From NCBI GenBank assembly GCA_965112155.1, contig OZ218099.1: a stretch of 64,000 nt of DNA, one strand, 5' to 3'. The stretch comes from Podarcis liolepis. Lineage: Eukaryota. Positions 23,321-36,720 of the stretch are shown piece after piece (within the stretch, counting starts at the first letter, position 1; every line of letters begins with the position of its first letter). A program made the position numbers and the translations under genes. Below the pieces are notes generated by a model. That model had not been told where the DNA came from. It did no database searches and saw only the letters and a list, made by a program, of their open reading frames with translations.

Positions 23321-26300
23321 TACCAGCCAAGCAAAGCCTGTAAAGGAGAAACAAGGCTAAATTCTTGCAGCTGGCTGACAAAGAGAAGGTGGGGAGGGAA
23401 TGCCCTGAAGTTCACTGCTATAAGTTCTATGTCTTATTTTTTTGCTCTTCTTAGGAAGCTAACAGGCATTTTTGCAATCATGGTCAGAACTCACATAATA
23501 GAGTATCCTCACCCTTAACTGACTTCTGGAGGTACTCTGGGAATTCTACACATGTACACACATGGAGAATTATTTCTCTCCGTGATAATAAACTGAAATG
23601 GAGGCTTTAGGGTTTTATTTCTGCTAAACTCCTTCAGATGATGAGTCATTAAAATAATAATAATAAAGGGTTACTCAGTGCGGCACAACCCTAAAGAAGG
23701 TGCAGCCCGTACTAATTATAATGATTTAACATGGAGGACGAGCCCTTGCAGCAGCATCTTCCTGTGTGGGGGGCACAATTTCAGTGATAAGACTGGTTTC
23801 AAGTGAGTTGCAAGAGGTGCTAATTATACAGCTTGTCCCTGTCTTCTTAACCAAACTGGGGAACAGGGAGCTTGGAGAAATGTATAAAGGTCACTGTGAA
23901 GAAACCTAACTATTTAGTGCTTCCTTTGCTGGAATTTCTATAAGTGAAACTTCTTTGGAAACAAAGTTCATGACTGAAGGAGTATGGTTGGGACTTATTA
24001 ATGTTGGAACGTAACAGCTGAGTGGACTCCATGTGCCTTAAATGCAATAATATATGTGTCTCAAAAGTGTGCTGACTGGGGCAAGGTTCTTCGCCCCTCT
24101 CCTATCTTCCCAGCTGCCTCTCTTCATGGCAACCCAGACACGGGAGCCAGTGCCTTCCTCCCTCAAGGTCCTTCTTTCCCAGAGGCACTTTTTGCTCTCT
24201 GGCTCTGATCTGTGTCTGACATAAGGACACAAGCAAGAAGTTTTCAGCTTCTTTAGATCTAGTGGGGGTTGGCCCAAATAGGGCACTGCCTCACAAACTT
24301 CTATCTGCCCCCACTAAATGCCCAGTCCAAGGGTAGCCCTGCCTGTTGCCTTCCTCCTCCTCCTCATTGTTGCCCTTGCAGGGAGAGGGGTGGGGAATTA
24401 GTTGGCTCTGTCTGTGATTGGCTCTGGTTCCAGCTCCTGTTGGCCTCTCTGCCTTTTGCCCTATGAGTCCCAATGGACACCACCCACCTCTGTTTAGGTC
24501 CCTGGTTTGTTACATCCCAGTTTTCAAACAATGGCAGCTGAGGCTGTGGCAGTCTCTATGAATGACAGAAAGCAACAGTTGGTCCCAGGCAGCCTGCATT
24601 CCCCCAGGACTGCTAAGAGTCTGGGAGAAAGAGCAACTCATGGTCTAGCCCTGAAGAAGACCAGACAGCTGACTCTACATAAACAGAGCCTTGCTGGATT
24701 GCACCAAACACCCACTTGATACAGGAGGGAGGAATCTATGGCCCTCCAGAAGCTGTTGGACTACAACTCCCATCACCCCTCCAGCCATTGGTCGTTGTTG
24801 CTGGCTGGGGTTGATGGGATATGAAGTCCAACAATGCTTGGATGGTTCTCCAATTCTCTTTTCAAGAGTGGACAGCCAGTTGCTTCTGAGAAGCTTACAA
24901 CATCCTTTTTGCTCGTCCTCAGCATCTGTCATTCCAAAGTACATTACCTCTCAATTTGGAATTTCCATTTATCTACCATAGCTAATTACTGTATTGTTAG
25001 ACTTCCGTCTGAGGCTGGGGGTTCTGCTTCCACAGCTCTGGCTGTTCATCAACCACCTGGGTCCACTCCTCCATGCTCTCTGGAGTGCCAACTTGAATAA
25101 AATATTGGGGGGGGGGTAAGCCCCACCCTGTATATTTGATCACAAGACATGGCACGCACCCCCCCTTTTGAATGGCAATGCCTATCAACTTGGGGAAGGA
25201 CAGCCCCCTCAAATATTTTATAGAGGGGGCTGAAAGAACCTCAGTCTCTAGGAGTTGGCTTCTATGGCAGAGGACATGTCTGGTTTCCATTCAGTAGTAT
25301 CCAGCAAGAGTTCCATTCCCTTCAATTCATTCAGCTGAGCAGCAAGGCTGGTGCTTCTAGGCCTGCTTCATAAATTAGCAGCTCAGTTGAAATCTGATTG
25401 CTAAAGCTGGGCTGGTGTGGTCCAGCAAGATTCTTCTTGGGTTCTTACATCTTGCCTGGGACCATCCCCAAATCTTGGTGAACCTACTGCCTCATGTCTG
25501 CATCCCTGTGGGTCCCTGTAGTCTGCTTCAGAGGTCAGCCCTTTTCAAGGTGCCCCGAGTGCCTTTGGACTCTCATCATTTAGCCAAGACAGGACACAAC
25601 ACGCCTTCGGTGCATTGCCTTCCCCAAGCCAATTTTCAATGCCCTGCTTCTTTGATGTTCTCTGAATGGCTCAAAACACCGGTGATGGGACAGACCTACC
25701 TATTCTATATATACAGATGCCCCCCGCGGGCTGTTAATAATACAAATAAATAAAGCAGCGTGCGCTTATGCTGTGGTGTTGCCATAGTGTCTTTTTTCTT
25801 CAAGACATTGCTTTCCCCTACAGTGGAAGGATGGCAATTTAATAAGCGGAAAACAGAGGTCTGCAGCTCCTGAGCACATGTTTAACCATTATCATGCAAT
25901 TACACTAATTAGGCATTGGAACGGAATGGATTAAGACTGTCCCACCTCTGTCTTCTGGGGGTTTAGGTTGCCAGCTGGCAACAGCTTCCAGGTGGCAGCT
26001 TAACTATAATGGGGCTGCAATGTGTCGTTTGGTTTATTACTTGATTCTTTCAGATCACATGGAATATTTTCATGCAATCAGTGTGCCTTCCTTGTACCAG
26101 GCTGATCTCAGGGCATTTGTGGTCAGTGGAGACTAGAACTAAATTAGTATATCTTAGTTTTATAACATTCAGGGCCTCCCCACTCAATATCTACACAGTT
26201 TGAAGGCCAAAATATTGTGTTCTTTATTTAGAAACATACTCCGTTGTTCATTTATGAATTGCTTCCTATAACCTCTAATATACCAATAGAGGCTTGGGTT

Positions 26301-28857
26301 AATAGTATCTGGAGTATTGTTCTATCAGAACACCTCACACACCATTGGCGACTAATCAAGGGCATCTCCCTCCAAAATACCTTTGGTGTCCCTTTTTCTC
26401 TTTTATTGAAGAAGAACAGACTATCTGAATGCCATCGCCATCACAGAGGTGTCTATAAAGGGGATATGTTCATTAAAAATGTTAGCTTTTTTCTTTTCTT
26501 TTTTTAAAAAGGAACCTACCTGTTTGTTAAGTCTGACACCAGAGGTCCTTCTCTAAATATCCCTGCCACTCTGTAGCATATCTTAATAATAATTACTATT
26601 ACCGTATTTATAAGCCACCATGTGACTAGGTTGCCCAGAGAGCCACGTTTTAGACGTTTTCGGGGGGGAAGATTGCCCAGGATTTTAACTGATTTTATAC
26701 CTACTGCTTTTTGTATTTTTTTTACTGTTGCTACGATAAATGCCTTTGTTTCTGATGTTTTTGATCTGCTTTATATTTGTTTATGGTTCTCTTTTGTAGG
26801 CTATCTTGAAAATCTAGATTAACGAAATTATGTTCCCCAAAAAACGAATAGCTTCTTATGAAGCTATTATTCCTATGAAGATCCTTACTTGATCTTCTTT
26901 CCAGTAAGACCCAGAATCATTTTCATTCTTTGTGTAGGCCCTGCAACAAAATGTTGCAGTGTGGAATGTTCCTGTTCAGGGTTCTAGTGAGCCAGCCAGG
27001 TCTTCTTCCAAAATGCTGCATTCTGTTACTCCTCCCCTCTGGTTTCCTGCTTTAACCCCTTCAACGGTAGCCACTTGGACCACTCCTGGGGCTGTTTTTG
27101 CAGGAGGAGTCCCTTGAAATCTCCCAAGCATGTTGATACTTGCTGTGTGTTTCTCGGTGGCATTTGGGGGCTACAGTCCTGTTGGCAATCACCTGTTGAA
27201 TCAGCCATTTAGATGGAGAGGTGATGGGGATGAGATCCCATCTGCCTGGGTTTGGAAGTGTTAACTAAATTCAGGCATGCTTCAGGTGGACCACTTCAGG
27301 TGGTCTTGTATGGTGCTATTGGATCAGTCAAAATGCAGAAAAGCTGGGGAGATGGCTATTTTGGGAAGCAATCTAGGTCACCTGAGACTGGCAAGCATTC
27401 TAGAGATCACAGCTACCTGCCTAACCCTGCATGGTGAGTTTCATCTAGGCATGGGGAAGAAATTCAATTCAGTTTGCATTTATATCAACTCAATTGATTC
27501 AACTTAATTCTCTCTTTCCAAAGCAGTGCACAAACCAAAATACAGTGATCCTTGAAGAATGGCACTTCTCTGAATTTTGCAAAGCACTTTTCCAGTAAAG
27601 TAATGTGCACAAAAATGCATATACTACGGTAAAGTGTGCATACAAATGCATGTATTAGTGGAAATGGTAAACAAATGGGAAAATTGAAACAGGCAAATTT
27701 GCAAATGGGAAAATTGAAACAGACAAATTTGCCTATCTCTAGTTCTGTGCTAGAGATCGTTTAGCATTAACTCCTTTTAAAACTTTCCAACTCCTTTTAA
27801 AACTTTCCACAGTTCAGCAAGGAGGACTGTTGCCCTTAGCATGTGAATAAAAAGCTGATGCCATAATCTGTAGGGTGGCCATGTTCTTATCTGCATGGAA
27901 GCAGTCTTCCGGGCGCAAAGAGCAGAACAGCCATGCTCCTTTGCACACTGATGGATTTCAGAACAGTGTGGGTGGCTCTCAGTCTCTATGGATCTCTAAG
28001 AATGCGGGGAGGACAGAGAAAAAAGCACTGCACCGCCTGGGGAGAATTCTGTGACTTGGGACATTAAATGCCTAAAATAAACCAAAGAAAGTCTTTAATC
28101 TCCCTCTAATTAGCAAGCCATCCCTGCATGAAAGAGTCTTTTGAAAGCCAGTTTGGTTATGCATTACTTCATTATCTTCCTGTGATGTTTATAATTGTTG
28201 CATGTAAAGGTGCTGTGCATATTTACCTGGTTTTGGCCCGAATAAAAAAGGGGGGGGGGAAAGGCATGCCTTTATTCAGTTACAAGCTTCTATCCACGTG
28301 TGTGTGTGTGTGTATGCGCGCGTGCGCGCTTCTCCCACTGCCCCCTCCCCCCACATAGAAAAATCAAAGCAACTTGTGCCTCCATCATGCTTAATGGATG
28401 TGAAAAGCTCTACATGTTGAAATTCCTTCTCATCTACTGCATCCTGTGCATTCCCAGTGCTAGTTCTTGAAGCCTCATTTGCACGATGATATGCACAATC
28501 CATATTGATCCTGTAGTTTCTCGACAAATACTGCCGTTGGATGCATGTTTCAGAACAGTGCCAACATTTGAGAGAGCCTTCACACCTGCACAGATGAGTG
28601 TACATTGCAGATTACTTCATGAATGGTCAAAGAAACCAAAAAGGTCATGCACATCAGGGGAAGACGTCCCCACCCACCTCTCCCCCTCTCTGATATGAAC
28701 AAGACTGTGCAAATGTGGCGTGAAATGCAGCAGAAGAGGAGCAGACTTCATTCTGTTTTAAGCTGCAAATATGGGTATACCTGCATACAAGCCTCTTATT
28801 TCCAAAGGATGTCAGTTACCGGGAAAGATTTGTGGCTTTGCTCTGAAAAGCAGCAGG

Positions 28858-28862
28858 GTGTG

Positions 28863-28908
<46 letters not shown>
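28858..28908. repeat. (TG)n microsatellite; others at about 6907-6930, 13188-13216, 34648-34687, 35531-35566, 49727-49790 and 58440-58514
   Basis: Read directly. Confidence 0.9.
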
Positions 28909-28912
<4 letters not shown>

Positions 28913-30136
28913 GAGAATATCAAAACCAGTCATAAGTCACCACCACCACCCAACTGCATTGACATTACTCGTAGATCAGGCTGCCTCTTGGAACAGATTA
29001 ATTACTGACAAATCAGAGATGCTGGGTTGTATTCGGCAATGTCATTCCACACACACAGTAGATCTCCGTTTGCACAACAGAACTTTCCTCTCCTCTCTCC
29101 TGCATCCCCTGTGATGGACAGACCACTGGGTCATCATCCTGGTGACCCTTAGCCAATCATGGCAGGGAGGAGAAATGGAAAATCAGGAGAGACTGAGAAT
29201 GTAAATGGAGATTTTGACAGTTTAACTGGCAGGTAAGGGCTGGCTACAGAAGTAGCTAGTTGTGCTTAAGGGTTTGTCAGGCAGAACAAATCTGTTTAAT
29301 TTCCTCAGGTGGAGGGAAAGGACCTAGAAAGGGGCTAGAGGTGCTTTAACAAGAAGGCTCAAAGTGGTTAGCCATTCTAGGAGAAGATCGTTTCAACAGA
29401 GACCGTTTTGTTGTGGATAATTAGTAAAGTTCTTGTTTAAACGTAAAACAGCAGCTCTGACACACACAAAAAGTACTGTGCCTTTGATAGTGAAGCCCTA
29501 AAGCTACATCCCGCTTTGGGGCTTTGTTAATAAAAAAACCCAACAGTTTTCATTTCCATTTTGCCTCAGCTTTAATTTATACCCAGTTCAGGGAATAAAT
29601 TGTCACAGGAACCTCCAATATGAAGAGTCCTTGCTGCAGGTTTACATTCTATGCTACCACATATAGAGAATCCCTGAATTCTCAGTGGCTTTAGAAAGGA
29701 GTGATCAAGGGGACATCACCTCAGACTTGGTCATGTCTGAGGTGATTTCCCATCTTCACTGAGGGAGTCCCCCCCCCTCTCTCTCTCTCTCTCACACACA
29801 CACAGAAAATCCTGGACCAGAATTTGGGGGCTCACAAGGAGAGGAAAGGAATGGGAAGCAAGCAGAAGTCGACTCATGCAGAACTGGATACAACCCGTTA
29901 ATTTCTTTTCTTCTTCTTCTTTATAGCAAAACATTTGGCCTCTGCCTTGTTCAGCAGCTCAGGTGTCAATCAAAGGATGATATTCACAAAGACACATCCA
30001 TGTATCTCTGTAATAACAAGGCCCCACCCCCAAAACATCCTTCTTCTCAAAAGCTTTGACCCCTTCCCAAACCGACATTGATTATTTCTTTTAAGGAGGA
30101 TGCTAGCTAGTTTATGTATGTTCATTATGATTTTTT

Positions 30137-30570
30137 TTTATTCATCATACACAAGCAGAAAGTTTCAGAAAACTCTATTTTTACACAAAGCAACCTTCCA
30201 CACCAGTAATAAACCACTGCTATATACAAACATGTCGTCATCACCATACACAAGTTTTGACTTTAAAAAATTCTGTTTTCCTCCATCACAGTTTGGGTTG
30301 AATTTTCCCCCCTTTTTTAAATTCAGGAGGGCATTGATCATTTGGCACATTGTTTATTTGCTTTCGTATGACCGAAAAGGATAACTGAACAAGGGAGCAC
30401 TGTTAATTATGGATATTTATTGATTTGTTTATGGTAAATAAACACCATTTGTCTACAGAAATTGAAAACATTCCTTTTTGGGACAACAGGCAAACTTTTC
30501 CATATTTTACAAATGAAAATCCACATAATGAGACAAAGACACCTGCTTGCTGCAATTTAAAATATTTATT
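30137..30570 (-). terminator. TRH: Candidate TRH polyadenylation signals: AATAAA on the minus strand at 30565-30570, 30416-30421, 30353-30358 and 30137-30142
   Basis: Cluster of four AATAAA hexamers 1.3-1.7 kb downstream of the stop codon. Which one is used cannot be determined from sequence. Confidence 0.55.
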
Positions 30571-31860
30571 GTAATTAATCCTTATTTGGAAACAAAGTGA
30601 GACATTGATTCAAAGACGGCATACTGGAACCCAGGCCCTGTGAGGATTCTCAGCTGTGGATTTTCCAAACAAAACCGTGCACTACTATGAGTCACTTTTA
30701 GGGCAAAGGATAATAGCAAATGTCAGATTTGCTAAACAGGCATGCCATTTCTCTATGCACATTAATCCTGTTCATTAGCAAGATATCAGTCCAATCCACC
30801 TTTGGCAGAATAGAGAAGGCAGTGGCTGTTCACAATCCCCTATCATCAAGACCACTTGAAAGCAGCATTGCCACATGGAGAATAGCTAGAGGCCCTGCAT
30901 AAAAAGTTCCAGAACAGGAAAAGTAGCTTCATGGAACCTGTGTAGATATGGATGGAATTCACTTATAAAGGTTGGGGAATACTGACCCCAGTCAGAAATC
31001 TACACACACACACTGGTGTTACTTATATTTGTGGATCAGGCTCCTTGTGGATTTTTTTCTTCATTGCAATAGTGTTTGGACCGTCGTGGTCCTTGCTGCC
31101 TGCATGACGAGTCATCTCGTCAGTGCATAAAATGGTTTCCCTTTTAAAAGAAAAAGCCAACCACTCTGTCTACTGCAGGCTTGCACAGGCTAAGCTGTCC
31201 ATGTGGCCAGAGTCCTGCCCTAAGCCCTCCCTCCTTTATCCACAGGTTTTCTCGTTCCTTCCACATGGGCAAACCCACTGGCGTACGTTTGATGGAAGCA
31301 CTTCCCAATTTTCAGGATTAAAAGGGACCTGCAGCTGATTCTGGCACTGTGTTTCTCTGACTGAAGCCCCATCGAAGGAAATGCTATACAAAACCAGCAA
31401 ACAACATACTCAGGGATGAGTATGAAGTGTGCCATTTGCAAACTCTTTTGGAGCTGGAATGCCAGTTGCAAGCATCAAGAAGACTGACATCTGACTACCC
31501 TTGCGTTTGGATGGGTTTCGTCCCGTATTAACTTATGGCCCACACAAGAAATGTAACATTGGAATCATCCTTTACTAACACGTTCCATTTTAAGCATGTG
31601 GGGGTGCGCCTGGCCACGTGCCTCTCAAGGGGTGGGGGCACAAAGTGCCATGCTTAAAATGAAATCCGTGTGTCCATGCATTGCTAAATCTGGACCATAG
31701 CCCACCAGGAAGGAGCACACTAAAGAATCACCTGCGAAGTAGGTTTCAGCAAGCAGAAAGGAAGGAAGAAGAAAAAGGGTTATGGATGGAACATTGAATG
31801 GCTGGGAGAAATCATTCGGAGGAATGAAAACAATGAGAAAGCAGACCCCCTGGCCACGTC

Positions 31861-32465
31861 TCATTCCTCTTCCTCCAATGCACCATCCCATGAAGACCTT
31901 CTTCCGGGATGTTGCCGCTTCTCATCGACGCGGCCCTTGCTTACGTTATCGAGCAACTCTAGCAGCAAGCTGCCTTTGCTACATTCAAAGGAATCCTGGG
32001 GCTCGCAGGGGACAGTAGTGTAGTCTGGGTTCTCTGCATCCACCAGGTACCTCTTGCCCGGATGCTGTCGTTTCTCCAAGTTCTGCTCGCCCTCCTCCAT
32101 CTCCTCCTCCCAGCTCCTCTTACCAGGGTGCTGTCGTTTGCTGTAAGTCAGGTACCTCCTGCCTGGATGTTGCCTTTTGGAGAATTCATCCAGATAAGCT
32201 AGCTGGCTGCTGCTAGGGAGGTCAAGGTATTGTTCTCGCAGGTACCTCCTGCCTGGGTGCTGCCTCTTCTGCACTTCTGAGTAGGGATCAAATTCATCCT
32301 CTTCCTCTCTTTTCCCAGGGTGCTGACGCTTCACAGTTTCTCCGTAAGATTCCTCATCCACACCCTCCCTTTTCCCGGGATGCTGCTTCTTTTCTAGATC
32401 GTAGAGAGATCTCTTTCCAGGGTGCTGCCTTTTCGAGATCCAGTCTGGCTGAAAAGCTCCTGGCT
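31861..32465 (-). CDS. TRH: TRH exon 3 coding part (8 QHPG copies)
   Basis: TTCCTTGGGCAG acceptor. Translates [19 protein letters not shown]... to ...GALEEEE*. Confidence 0.96.
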
Positions 32466-34646
32466 CTGCCCAAGGAAATGAACAGCATTAAAACACTCCA
32501 AGAATAACGTTGTTCTTAATTGAAAGGGAGCATTTATTTATTTAACACCTATTAGATGCCGCCTGAATGTAATAAAACCTCTAAACAGTTTTCAAAAAAA
32601 GCCCACACCGTTCATTTAACACCAATTAAATTAACTGTATCAATAACATACAATTAAAAACAGGTATTTGAAATATTCCAAAGGTAATTAAAACCAACAG
32701 TATGCTTAGAAAATTAAAATGCATGCTAGCATTCTACATATCTGGATGGACTTGACCAAAAGCTGTCAAGTGGATATATTTGAGGGTCAGACAATCCTGA
32801 AACAATTCAGCAAATTTGCCTGCAATGTGCGTATGCTAATTTATATGTATCTAATATAATTTATATGCATCTGGGGATGTCTACTATATTTTCCCTACTA
32901 TACACATTTTTATATGCAGCTTTACACAATAGGCACACTTTTGCCAAGTTATTTTCCCTTATGTAATGCATTTTGTATGCAGTTTTCACTAATGTATGCA
33001 TTTAAATGCACACATTACCCCCTTGTATATGCATTTGTGTACACATTACTTGGCTGAAGAACTGCACTGCAAAATCCTATAATGGGAAAATTTGAAGGAT
33101 GGTTGTGTTTCAGTTCTTGTATTGCTTCAGAACCTGCAAATGTTGTTAAGTTAGCCTGTAAATGTGAACTGAATTGTCCCTTTTCTCTCTCAGTGCTCCC
33201 ACACGAACCATTGTCGGTCCAGTGTGTTGTCTGAATAATCCTTCTGCATTTCTTTAGACCTAACCCATGGTGACTTCTTGTATGTGTGAATGACACATTG
33301 GGGACACATCATGCGGATGCTGCAAAAACCATGCATGCACAAGGAGCACTCATTCCACAATAAACACCCATCTGGAAGCTCCCTGAGATATTCCTTTTTT
33401 ACAATTATCTGGGAATGGAATTAAAGTGGAAGTCTTAACCCCGTGGTCAAGATCCTTCTCTTAGGTGGATCCAACTGGTGTTCTTGCTTAAGTGACAAAA
33501 AAAAAATCTATGCAGTGTCCGTCGAACAATATAAAACTATTATTAATAATACACCCCCCCAATCAGCAAACACTAAAAGCAAGTATACAATACTAGTGTC
33601 TGGATAGGCTAGCTGAAATAATAAAGTGTTTAGAAGGCTTTTTAAGATAGTATAGCATGGGTGCCTGCCCAATGTTAATTGTTGAGAGAACATATTTGGA
33701 AACTTGCAGTCAGATGCAGCCCAGACAGACCAGTCTCTCAGGCATAGGCAGGTTAACTCATGTTCTTCCAGGAACATAGGATACAGCTTTATACTGAGTC
33801 GGACCATCAGTTCATCTAGCTCAGTAGTATTTACACCAGAGGTGGGCGAGTTTCAGGTGGGCAGGATCTACTTTGTTTTTTACTAGAACCAACCAGATCC
33901 AGGTGCAAAACTGTGATTGTGGTTGTGGGGTGTGTGTGTGATAACACAGATGAAAGAAGAAGCGTCCCTCTCAGCACAGGAATCTGTTTTCAGTATCAAA
34001 CTTCTGCTAGCAAATTCCAAAAAGTCCATCTCTGGTGCCACACACTCTCAAAACCTCCTTTCACCTGAACACAGCCTAAGCTAGAAAGGGAGGCTTTTTG
34101 TTCTTGCTATTTTGAAGGGGGGAAAAATGGAGTCAAAACTCCTTCATGATCCAATGTGCAATATGATTTAATTAGTGCATTGGAAGACGGGAAGGCGACT
34201 GTTTGAAGAGAACAAGGGGTTTACCCTAACACTGTGAGCAACAACGTTAACACAACAAGCTAAATACAGTTGCAGCACCCAAAAGCCCTCTCTTAACCCT
34301 CAGTTTGCCCTTAACTTCTGCAGGTCTCCCTGTGTCACCATAGATATTGTTGACTGCACAGTTGATCCCAACCTACTAACTGCACACCCCTGGTCTCTAC
34401 TGACTGGCAGTGGCTCTCCAGGATTTTGTCAGCCATACCTGGATATGCCATAGATTGAACCAGAGACCAGCGTGCACATACTGAAAGGAATAGTGCCTCT
34501 TCCCTAGAGAGGCCAGTCTGAAATGGAACTGAGTGGATAAGGGAGCAAAAATGTGATTTAATAATGAATGGCCCACATCTCAGCATGCAGCAACTGAGGA
34601 AGGTGCCTCTTCTTCCTAACAAATGTCATTAAATTCCCTAAACCTC

Positions 34647-34689
<43 letters not shown>

Positions 34690-34969
34690 TGAGGCCCTTT
34701 ACAAACAGGGAAATGGCATATAAACAAATACAGCCATGAACTTCAGCTACTGCCAAGGTACACCATTTACCTTTGTTGGGATCTTCTTTGTCATCGTCCA
34801 CCTTCTTCAAAATGGACTTCAAGATGATGTTTTCTGCCCTTTGGAGGATGCCATCCAGATTACTCTTTCCCTCGTTCTCCACCCCCTCTGGAAACGGCTG
34901 CCCCACGTTGACACAGACGCTGGCAAAAGCCAAGGAGAGCAGCAGCAGGAGCCGCTGGACTGATGTCAT
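31861..34969 (-). CDS. TRH: Prepro-thyrotropin-releasing hormone, join(34969..34771,32465..31861) = 804 nt, 267 aa
   Basis: Signal peptide [23 protein letters not shown], the conserved [17 protein letters not shown] segment, and eight K(R/K)-QHPG-(K/R)R cassettes. The intron is GT-AG and phase 1. Confidence 0.97.
34771..34969 (-). CDS. TRH: TRH exon 2 coding part (signal peptide and N-terminal pro-region); the exon starts at 34985
   Basis: TTTTACCTGCAG acceptor, ACGATGA start, G|GTAAAT donor. Confidence 0.94.
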
Positions 34970-35274
34970 CGTGGGATGGAAGGTCCTGCAGGTAAAACAG
35001 GGTGGCAGAGAATGGAGCAAATATGGAAAGAAATGCAGCATTCCTGATAATGCAAAGAAACATGAAACGTCCGGGAGCTAAATGTAAGCTTTCCTGCCAT
35101 CATCCAGGTCTACTGAAGTTGCCCATGGAAATGGGTGCTTGTCGCTTTAAATATTCTAGATGCACTCTCACTTGACTCGAAGATCTTCAAATGAATGTGG
35201 ATGTTTGCCTTTGAGCAAACACAAGGACTGACTCAATATGAGAGCAAATGCTGGTGGTACAGTATTTTAACATA

Positions 35275-35510
35275 CAATGGTACCTCGGGTTAAGTACTTA
35301 ATACGTTCTGGAGGTCTGTTCTTAACCTGAAACTGTTCTTAACCTGAAGCACCACTTTAGCTAATGGGGGCCTCCCACTGCCTGCCGGAGCACGATTTCT
35401 GTTCTCATCCTGAAGCAAAGTTCTTAACCTGAAGCACTATTTCTGGGTTAGCGGAGTCTGTAACCTGAAGTGTCTGTAACCTGAAGCTTCTGTAACCCAA
35501 GGTACCACTG
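35275..35510. mobile_element. Tc1/mariner (Tigger/pogo-like) MITE in TRH intron 1
   Basis: TIRs CA(A)TGGTACCTCGGGTT...AACCCAAGGTACCACTG with TA duplication. Same family at 49483 and 57997. Confidence 0.85.
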
Positions 35511-35635
35511 TATTCATTTAATGATGGAAAACACACACACACACACTCACACACACACACACACACCTCTCTCTCTCATCCCCCAGCAATGAGCTTTTTA
35601 AGTGGCCAAAGAGCTAACTCGGTGTAACCCACACT

Positions 35636-35809
35636 CAGTGCTCCCCCCCTTAAAAAAATGTTTAGGGGTACTCTCATTTTGACTCAAGAAAATCACCATT
35701 TTATACTCCAAATCAGGAAAAATAAACACAGTAAATGGACAAAAGTAAAAAGATTCACAAAATATTCAGGGGTATGCATACCCTGAGTCCCCCCCGAAAA
35801 AAGGTAGTG
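35636..35809. mobile_element. hAT MITE (same family as 53501-53674, opposite orientation)
   Basis: CAGTGC terminus, internal identity with the 53501 copy, degenerate 8-bp TSD. Confidence 0.7.
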
Positions 35810-36542
35810 CCTACACATATCGAAAGTTATATATAAAACCTTTGCTTCCAAACATTGGCTTAGATTTTGTTTTGTAGTATATCTTTAAAAATGCAAAAAT
35901 GTTTATAATACATTTATCAGCATATAATTATTATAGCTTGCATAAAATTTCTTTCTTAAAGGACTGTTTTAAACCAGTATATTGTTCTAGCTTTAATGAA
36001 AATCCATTTTTATTTCGGCTTTTTGCCATTTATTTTCTAACAGCCCTCAAAACATTTTTTTAATGAAGCAACGTTAAAAGCTTGAATAAAAACTACACCT
36101 TGATATTATTTTATATTTTGTCTAATAACTTAATGAAATGCATTTCAGCATGCTGGAAAATGTAACAAAAACATAATGTGATTGCTTTTAATGTAATGCC
36201 AACTGTTTTATATTTCTAAATCTGGTATCTGGCAAACTATCAATGATTATTTTAAGGCACCCACTTTAATCAAATCAGAGTTACTTTTTAAAAAAACCAG
36301 AATGCTTTGCTAGTAAATGAAATATATGCATTCTTCTTTAAAGTTTTATAAAGCTATAACTCAAATTCAGAGCAGGCATTTCCCTTAAACAAATAGCAAA
36401 AAATATAGAACAATGAAGATCATAATTGAAGAAAATCTGTATCTTAGTGTACAGACTTGTGAGGTGTTGTTTTGTTTCAGCCTTCATCAGAAGGGAGAAC
36501 TTGAGCCAGACAGCCTAGCAAATAAATCTAAATGGAAATTAC

Positions 36543-36695
36543 CTTCTGCCCCGGTGCTTTATTCCTTTGCTGAGGTTACCAAAGAGTTTTGTCCGAGCTC
36601 ACTGTATTTCTGCAGCTATTCACTCGTCTGAGCTTCGAAACTGTCCTTTCTCCTTTGAATCACATCAGCTCTCCAATAGAACTGCCCCTGAGTTC
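36543..36695 (-). other. TRH: TRH exon 1 (non-coding, TSS approximate)
   Basis: Donor AAG|GTAATT at 36543/36542 and a TATAAG about 25-30 nt upstream of the inferred start. Fits the known three-exon TRH structure. Confidence 0.7.
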
Positions 36696-36720
36696 TCTTT
36701 GGTGGGTGAGCTCTTCCCTT

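Noticed and set aside
34970-35041. Upstream ATG at 35041 extending the TRH N-terminus
   Set aside because: It lies in intron 1, upstream of the acceptor at 34986-34987. The Met at 34969 directly begins the signal peptide.
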